This document shows positions 53,752 through 64,000 of a stretch of 64,000 bases of DNA, one piece after another (the first letter of the stretch is position 1; every line of letters begins with the position of its first letter). The stretch comes from Microthyrium microscopicum (taxonomy: Eukaryota), in NCBI GenBank assembly GCA_010405405.1, contig MU004230.1:2452627-2516626 (forward strand). The letters run 5' to 3'. Under the pieces are notes generated by a model. It saw only the letters and a program-made list of their open reading frames with translations, was not told where the DNA came from and did not search any database. The position numbers were made by a program, and so were the translations under genes.

Positions 53752-54019
53752 TATTAGGAACTAGGACACTTCTAGTTTAAGATAACCACCAATAAGATAC
53801 ATCTACATAGAATAAAGCATTATTAGTTAGGTCAACTAATAACGACCTATTATAAACATAGATAGCTTAGCAGAGTCCTTATAACTCTAAGTAATAAAGA
53901 AGAGGAATTACGAGGGTCTAAGTAACTCCCTAGCAATTACTCTCGTCCCCGTTTTTACGTATCTACTTAAATCGTAATAATTATAGTCTTTACCTACTCA
54001 GAACGACCCGTTTCTAACA
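53752..54019 (+). repeat. 3' LTR of retrotransposon 2
   Basis: 268-bp direct repeat of 45242-45509; ends TTTCTAACA and is followed by TSD GATAC. Confidence 0.93.
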
Positions 54020-57000
54020 GATACCTTACTATATTATAGAAAGAATATTTAAATTACTTAAGAAAGATTAAATTTGACGCTAATTCCTTAACCTCTAAGG
54101 CTCTAAATTAAAGTACGCTATAAATAACTAAAGACTAAATAACGTTTAAGATAAAGCACTATATAATTATCTTCTTAAACTCTCTAAGATTAGTATCCCT
54201 CTATAATTTAAATATCTTTAAGATACTACTAATAATATCCTTTACTATAGTATACTACTAGATATCCTAAATCCTCTCTCTATAGACTAAAAGTAGCTTA
54301 GACGCTTTATAAAACTATACCTATAGTTTAAGATTATAAAGTAAGAACCTTTTAAAGTTACTTATTAAAAGGCTATAGACTATAGTAATATTAAAGCTTT
54401 TATATAGAAATATAAACGAACTATTAATTAATATAAAATTTAGCCTATAGATACTTAGAATATAAATAAAATAGGTATTAGAATAGGTATTAGTAAAGGT
54501 TAGTAAGCAATAGTTCCTATAGGTAAAGAATATAGTTATTTTAACTACTATATCTAGAGCTTTAGAGAGAGGAAGAATATTACTATTATAAAGGGCATAT
54601 CTATAGCTAGATATATAATTAGTCCTATAATTATTACTAAGGGCTAAATAATCTAGGGGTAGTAATTTTGTAAAGTTAAAGATAAAGATCTAGCTATTAG
54701 TAGGAAGCTTCCTTATTTATATTAATAACTTACTAATTTTATACTATAAGAATATTAGAATTAAGTTATTTAAATAATATTCTTAGATTCTTATAGATAT
54801 AACATTTTAATTAATTATTAGCTTAAACTTAGTAAAGAGAGTATAGATTATTACTCCTTAATAGCTATAAGAGCTATTTAATGCGTTCCTTTACTTTCTT
54901 TTATAATACGCGTAAGATTATAATTCTTTAACTACTACTATATACTACGTACTTCTTATAATCTCTAGATATTATAATCTTTTAATAATAGAAGCATTTT
55001 TACGCTAAATACCTTAATAAAGCTCTATAAGCTAGATTAGGTAAATTTAATAAATAAACCTTCTTTATTACTATTAAATCTATAAGACGTAAAGTTATAA
55101 AGCTAAATTCTATTAAATCTAGCTTTAGGTATTATAGTTTTTAGCCTTTTAAATTATTAGAAGTGCTATAATATCTATCTATAGATTTACTAAATCTTTA
55201 TATTTTATAGGACTAGAGTAACGTTAAAAAGAGTAAAGATAAAAAGGAATTATCTACTAAATAGCGTACTTTTTTAAATTTATAAGAACTTTATTAGTAA
55301 TTATCTTAGGCGCTTAACTACCTAAGATTCTTTTCTATACTACTAGATATATTAATATACGCGTACTAAAGATTAAACTTTTAGGCTCTATAGTAAGAAA
55401 TCTTTACGTAGAATAATCTTTATTTAATCCTTTTAGAGTTCTATTATAACTTTTATCTTGCCTATATATATTAGAATAGATATAACTAGGCTTAAGTTAA
55501 CTTTGTTTAATAAGAAAGTATAGTTTATGCTAGTAATATTCTCTCTTTCTATAATATTAATACTTTAGAGCCTATTTTAGTTAAATAGTAGGCTTAAGAT
55601 AATAATCTATATTAAAAAATATAGAGATTGCTACTATATTACTTAGTAATTCTATAGCTACTTTAAATAATACTTAGTAAGTACTTATAACTTACTTATA
55701 AAGTAAACTAGCTTTAAGATAAAGCTAAACGTAAGGAAATTAATAAGTTAAAGTAGTATAATACTATAATTAAGAACTAGAAGTAAGAAGTTAAAGAGGT
55801 TACTTACGTATATATACTTTTATAAGTAGTAAAATATATAAGTCTATAGTCGTAATTTAGAGTAGATATAAATATACTTTCTACTAATTTATAAGCTATA
55901 TTTAATAAGAATATAGATTAGGAGATAATACGCTATATATTACTATATTTTTACTTTAGACTAGATAATAATAAGTTATAAGAGTAAATTTAAAGAATTA
56001 CTACCCTAGAATTAATCTTAATCTTAATTTCGTTACTATATTATAAATTTCTTAAACTATAATATTTTTCTTTTAAAATAAATTATATAATAAATATAAT
56101 ACGTTTTAAATATCTCCTAAATTTTTATTAAATAATATTACGTAGTTATTAGATGGCCGTAGTATAGATAAAATATATAGCGTTTAGCTGTCTGTAGCGT
56201 TTAGGCGTCCCCTACCGCCTACGGCGGTAGGTGTTGTCTACGGATATGTTCTTGCGCTATAGTTCTTTCATTTAGTGTCTGTGCCTGTGTTTCTTAAATC
56301 AGTTCCAAACCCTCTTGGCACTAGCAATTGTTTAAAGCCTGTCAATTAATCATCCTCCTATCGCCAGCGAACAGGCAGATGCCAGGCGCACATCATGACT
56401 ATGAATATCTAATGACCAACAGCCAAATTAGCTAGAAAATTGGTTGGAACATACCGCAGGTGCATTTGGAAACTGGAGAGCTTGATGGGACAAGCGTATT
56501 ACACGATATTGGCCTTGTCAGCCTTTCCCGAGCTCTTGTATCGCAGAACCAGAAAGGATAATAGTTTGTAACACTCTGGACGCACGTACGAGAATACCAA
56601 CAAAAGTAGCCTGCCGTCTATCCCTGGTAAAAGAAGCTCTGACTGCAACACGTTACCAACTCACCCATGACCTATCAGCGTAACCAGGTTCTTCCGACTG
56701 CCTTGTACCCGTTTTTTCAAGATCAAAGATTCCTAATGCGGTAAGAATCTCGAAGTGCTAATATAATAACCCTTAAATGTGCACATATAGCCTCGAGACA
56801 CCATGTTAGTACCGCCAAGATGGGAAAACCCTCGTTGCGCCTATCGACATAGTTTCATGTCTTGAGCATTGTCAGTGTGTTATCACCAACACGGGCGGAA
56901 GTTAAGGAGTAGTTCTGCTGCATTCTCGCTGATGTCCAAGATCATAGACATCGTCGGAGGCTTATATGAAGCTATGAGCTAATCATTCACAGCCCTCAAC

Positions 57001-58669
57001 TCGCCCCACCAAATTGCCACAGTTGGCGATTCCTCGGGAACTCGCCCATGGAAATCAGTTCTCAGCGTGTCTTGCATGAACGGTGGAACGTTTTGTTCTG
57101 CTGCAAAGACCAGACGAACCGTGGATGGGGGCCAACTATAAGCCAAATATGCGGGGAGGCAATGAAAGCAACCAGGCTTTGGATTATAACGCAAGAGGCA
57201 TGATGTGTTGTCGAGGCTTTTTCCTGGTCCAGCGCCCTCTTACTGTCTCGCGCAGACTAGGAATTCAGCATGGCTCTTCCAACACAAGGGCATTCTGGGT
57301 TTGAAAGACTTCAAAGTAACTTTTACCCGTGGTATGACAGCACATCGTCGTATGCTGTATTGGCTTAGAGTTGCGAAAGTGAATTTACGAAAGTCAAGTT
57401 GATGGTTCTAGCTTTGCGTTAATCAAGCAAGCATATGACCATATCAAGTTTGATAATGATAGCATGGAAGTAAAAGGTGATGGAAATTGCTAAATTCAAT
57501 GGTACAGAAACAAATGGTATCGTGTTTTCGAGTCTAAAAGATACGATCTTCAACCTGAAAACTTGTCAGCATGTGATCAAAGTGAAGATCGAGGATATTT
57601 CAGACCTTCCAGCCATTGCTAAGCTCAAATCCGTCTGGAGCTTCGGGCTTGTCTGATTGACCTCGAAGGTATCCAGTCAGTCGACGGTCTCGGTCCATCA
57701 CTACGCTACGCATTAGTTGATAGTTCACATCGTTCACAGAGCCTGGTTTACTTTGCTATGTCACTGTTAGCATGTTGTGTGGAAACAATCCATAGTCCTT
57801 ACCTGATCCCATCGATCAATGTTGTATCGAGGCCACTTTCCTCCACTCTGCATCGTCTTGATACCTGTCATTGACACTCCAGTGAAGACAGTGAGCTGTA
57901 CATGTGGTTAGCAGGCGCATATGACCCCAAAGACGAATGACCAACCCCGAACATAAGAGCATAAGGAATGAAAGTCTCGAATGGAATGCCCATGATGGCG
58001 GTTGGCAATTGATTTTGTACGATAAGAGTCAATTGGGGATGATATTGAGACGCGAATCTGATTCCAAAGACGATGGTTCGTTAGATTAGAGTTGAGACTT
58101 TGCTGAGTAAGGCAGGTGTGCGGTCAACCCTAGACCTACGCCACTAAATCCGCACTTGCTTGGTGTCGCTGCAAGACCGGGGTTCAACGCGACTGCATGT
58201 CGCGACGTCGCGCATTTGTCACAAAAGTCTAAACTGGCCACTTCACCAAGTTCACCATCACTATCGCAGTGTCCGCCTAATCAATGAGGCTCTCTAGTCA
58301 TCTGAATAGGTGCAATCGCTGCCCAGGCTGAATACTCGTTGTTGGCGCATCGTCCATGCGCTACTCCCACCTCACAACTCGTACCTTCACAGCAATACGA
58401 GTCGAAACTATCCACTTAACCGACATTAGATATACGGTCGATTTACAAAAGAACCATCCTGTGGCATCATAGCAATTACGAGTCCTTGCCTCCATCGTCG
58501 ATTCCGCGCTGCCTGTTCCTAGGTTGACGCGCCTCCAGTAACTGCATGTCATTCGTTCCTAGCCTACTTCCTCGTTTGAACTCTATATACCAATCACATT
58601 TCGGTAGCGCTAGAGGTACGCTGATAATCTGCGTTTGATTTTGCGCTCGGCTCATCTCGTGACGCAGAA

Positions 58670-61515
<2,846 letters not shown>

Positions 61516-62133
61516 AGCCATTGATACTGGATTATTCCTACCCAAGTGTTGGATTGCCTATCTTTGCATTGTAAAGAGTTAGGAATTGTAATATTGTTGT
61601 TAATCCACTATTTATACTTCACATTCGATGATGTGTAAATTCCTTTGCTTTTTGTTCATGGCAGGCGTTGAAAAGTTAGGCGTTAAATGCAGGCACAAGG
61701 GGGCTAAGGGGAGTCATGCAAGGAGTAAGGTCTTGTGATTGGCTGGTCCCAGACGCGATGTTCAATGTTGCCTCTCAACCTTTCCAGGTGGGATGGTCTA
61801 GGCGTTGCTCCTTTGTTCTCACCAATCTTGCACATTGCACACTGCACTTCCTTTACAACATACATTCTCTGTCTTGCTTTCCAGCTGGCTCTGGTCCGAA
61901 TTCTATAGCGACTTCTCTATTCTATTTTTCACTGCTGTCTGGCTTATCACAGCTCATTACTCTTCCATACCGCCTGCCGTGCTTGTTGACACTGGTTTCA
62001 TATTTGTACCACTATCACCACTGATCATGCTTCACATTTACCGGTGAAATGGACTCCATATAGCATCAGACGCCCCAGCATATTCGCGGTTGCCTCAGAT
62101 CCACTCTTTTATATCGATTGGCCCCTATACAAC

Positions 62134-64000
62134 ATGTCGCAACTCGAGACTCTCACATTTCCACCCTCCAGCGTTCTGCTCGAAGCCGCGAAAAATGGCA
62201 CCGGAGCCAATGCCTTTAACGGCGCCAACACACTCCCTTCGGCCTCCATGACACTAAAAGATCCCGTTGCCATGCACTTGCTGGTCGAAACCGCGCTCGG
62301 AGACAGTCAAGGCTTCGACGTTCTATCATACGAAGAGCTAGACGCCCTCAAGAAAGAAGATGAAATGCTGCTCAAACGGATTGATGGGCTACGGAGGAAA
62401 TTGGCGCTAGAATCGAAGGTTAGGGATGCTGCACAATCGCTCAAACGGTTATATTCGCGGCCGAATTCTGCTTTGTCGCAATCACAATCGGCGACTATGA
62501 ATCCAGAGACGCAGCAAAGAACTGAACGGGAGCTGGAAGAAAGCACCAAGAAAGTAAATGAGATCAGTCGGGAGCTGTATTTTTCGGAAGACCGGTCAAG
62601 GTCTGTGCAGATGCGTTTGCTAAGGCATACAGCCGGTGTCTTGCAAACGACATATGGCAATGGCCATCGACCTAAGATGAATGATTTTGGTCTTCCTGGT
62701 GGTCGTCCTCTGAGTCCAGATAGCTTGAATATGGACGACGATGAGCTGGATCGGACTTATGGAGATCAAGATGGTGTTGGAGATTTGGATGGATTTCTGG
62801 ACCAATTGCGAAGAGACAGTCAACCGAAAGGATCAAGAGGTGATGGAAAAAGAAGAGAGGCTCAATTGGCGATCGGAAAACAGCTGGAAGATCTTAATGA
62901 CTTTGTCCAAGAGATCATTGGACAAGTTAATCCCAATAATGCCATGGCAAGGAGTACGCCGCCAAAGATTTCTGCAGAACCTCAGGCTGTGGACAATACG
63001 ATATTTGAACAACTCAACTTCTTAAATCGTGGCTTGGACCAAATCAAATCTGAGCAAAAGACAATTCGCATGTCGCGTCAATTGCGCAGCACACCAGGGA
63101 CTCCTACAACTCAACTTCAAAATTCAAGACTCCAGTCAGAGCTAGAGACAAGTATTCAGGAAAATCTTGCTCTACAACGTCAATACGATGAGACTGAAGA
63201 TATGATGGCCAAAATGCTTGAAGAACTCAATCTCAAATTCGTCGATGCCCTATCGGCTGCTCCATCTTCACAAAACGATACCCCCACAGTGCCCACTCCA
63301 GCAGCAGGGCCGACTGCTCAGATCAAATACGCCCAAGATCGTATCGCTGGAATCACTCGCATCATAACCTCCCTCTCAGAAGCCGCATCCCGGTCCCGCG
63401 CTGGCTCCGCCTCGAACGACAAGACAGCGCAGTATGAAGTAGTCCTCGAAGGCCTCTGGCAAATCATGCTCGCTGGCGAAGACGACGCCCGTCAACGGAA
63501 ACAAGCCGAACGCGCTGCCATCTCAGCCCGCAAGCCCGCCAACGCCGAAGAGGATAGCGACGACGAAGTCTCCCCCGATGAAGATGATGGTCTACCCGAC
63601 CAATTTAGTCTATCAGCATTCAGCACCAAAGTCCAATTTCTCGTCTCCAAAAGCTCGTATCTTAAAGAAAAACAAGCAGATCTCCGTCGTCGCATGCGGC
63701 AAATGCGAGACATGTACGCCGCCCGCGATGCCTCAACGGCCACCAGTTCTCAATCCACCAGCACTGAACTTGCTCGTATAAACGACCTCTACGCCACAGC
63801 AAAAGAAGAACTGGCCGACGTAGAAGCCCGTTTCCAGCAAAGTGATTCGCGCGCCCGAACTCTCCAATCCGACCTCGACCGCGCCGCAACCAATGCCCTA
63901 GATGCACGCACAGACCTGCAAAATCAATTGGTAGCTGTGGAACAACGCGCCAGCACGCTCGAACAAGCCGTCGCCTCAGCACAAGAGACACGCGCCGATG
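62134..64000 (+). CDS. Up-regulated-during-septation (Uds1) domain coiled-coil protein, 5' part; runs off the window
   Basis: Open frame from ATG 62134 to the window end. Contains DPVAMHLLVETALGDSQGFDVLSYEELDALKKE..LALESKVRDAAQSL and RLLRHTAGVLQ, followed by coiled-coil sequence. An upstream exon is possible. Confidence 0.8.
   Translation, partial: MSQLETLTFPPSSVLLEAAKNGTGANAFNGANTLPSASMTLKDPVAMHLLVETALGDSQGFDVLSYEELDALKKEDEMLLKRIDGLRRKLALESKVRDAAQSLKRLYSRPNSALSQSQSATMNPETQQRTERELEESTKKVNEISRELYFSEDRSRSVQMRLLRHTAGVLQTTYGNGHRPKMNDFGLPGGRPLSPDSLNMDDDELDRTYGDQDGVGDLDGFLDQLRRDSQPKGSRGDGKRREAQLAIGKQLEDLNDFVQEIIGQVNPNNAMARSTPPKISAEPQAVDNTIFEQLNFLNRGLDQIKSEQKTIRMSRQLRSTPGTPTTQLQNSRLQSELETSIQENLALQRQYDETEDMMAKMLEELNLKFVDALSAAPSSQNDTPTVPTPAAGPTAQIKYAQDRIAGITRIITSLSEAASRSRAGSASNDKTAQYEVVLEGLWQIMLAGEDDARQRKQAERAAISARKPANAEEDSDDEVSPDEDDGLPDQFSLSAFSTKVQFLVSKSSYLKEKQADLRRRMRQMRDMYAARDASTATSSQSTSTELARINDLYATAKEELADVEARFQQSDSRARTLQSDLDRAATNALDARTDLQNQLVAVEQRASTLEQAVASAQETRAD

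Larger units (their letters stand above)
45242..54019 (+). mobile_element. Full-length chromodomain-bearing Ty3/gypsy LTR retrotransposon 2 (8778 bp), RIP-inactivated, nested in transposon B
   Basis: TSD GATAC at 45237-41 and 54020-24; 268-bp LTRs; purine tract 53738-51. RT relic YLNNILIYS [YLDD] at 48027, RNase H LETNAS [LETDAS] at ~48511, integrase DIIIDFIIDL at ~49446, chromodomain YNIEKV..YLIK*KGYLESKLT*EP at ~50346-50450. Confidence 0.94.
44620..56244 (+). mobile_element. pogo/Fot1-like DNA transposon B, RIP-inactivated; 2842 bp without the nested retroelement
   Basis: TA flanks at 44618-19 and 56245-46; TIRs of about 70 bp starting TCCGTRGACAACACC. DDE relics NINE [N.DE] at ~54409, LLLLNSYKSY [LLLLDGH.SH] at ~54848 and *SLDIIIF [QPLD] at ~54959. 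Confidence 0.9.

Noticed and set aside
25535..56244. AT-rich blocks as organellar DNA, horizontal transfer or an alternative genetic code
   Set aside because: They are bounded exactly by TIRs, LTRs and TSDs, and the stops and AT bias fit RIP transitions in transposon ORFs.
58201..58212. 12-bp palindrome CGCGACGTCGCG upstream of SAS3
   Set aside because: CGCG-rich motifs are common in ascomycete promoters, and no specific factor can be assigned from sequence alone.

Overview
Eukaryotic window from a filamentous ascomycete (Pezizomycotina): short GT-AG introns with CTRAC branch points and clear repeat-induced point mutation (RIP). Host genes in order: CYP53 benzoate 4-monooxygenase (partial), SDR, MOSC-domain protein, DUF6536-type membrane protein, Sec61-beta, fungal hypothetical protein, VPS13, DLT1-like protein, USP-domain protein, a divergent VosA-like velvet protein, a Sas3-type PHD+MYST acetyltransferase and a Uds1-domain coiled-coil protein (partial). 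Two AT-rich RIP-degraded blocks (25535-35236 and 44620-56244) have the same nested layout: a TA-flanked pogo/Fot1-like DNA transposon with a full-length Ty3/gypsy LTR retrotransposon inserted in it. The best novelty candidate is in the second retroelement. Between pol and the 3' LTR it carries an apparently spliced, multi-exon antisense gene relic bracketed by 60-bp direct repeats. Also notable: Tf1-type self-priming complementarity in both retroelements, a shared hairpin-plus-tandem-repeat TIR design in two unrelated DNA transposons, and a flipped hairpin loop between the two TIRs of one element. All family assignments come from motif recognition by eye; no database searches were run.
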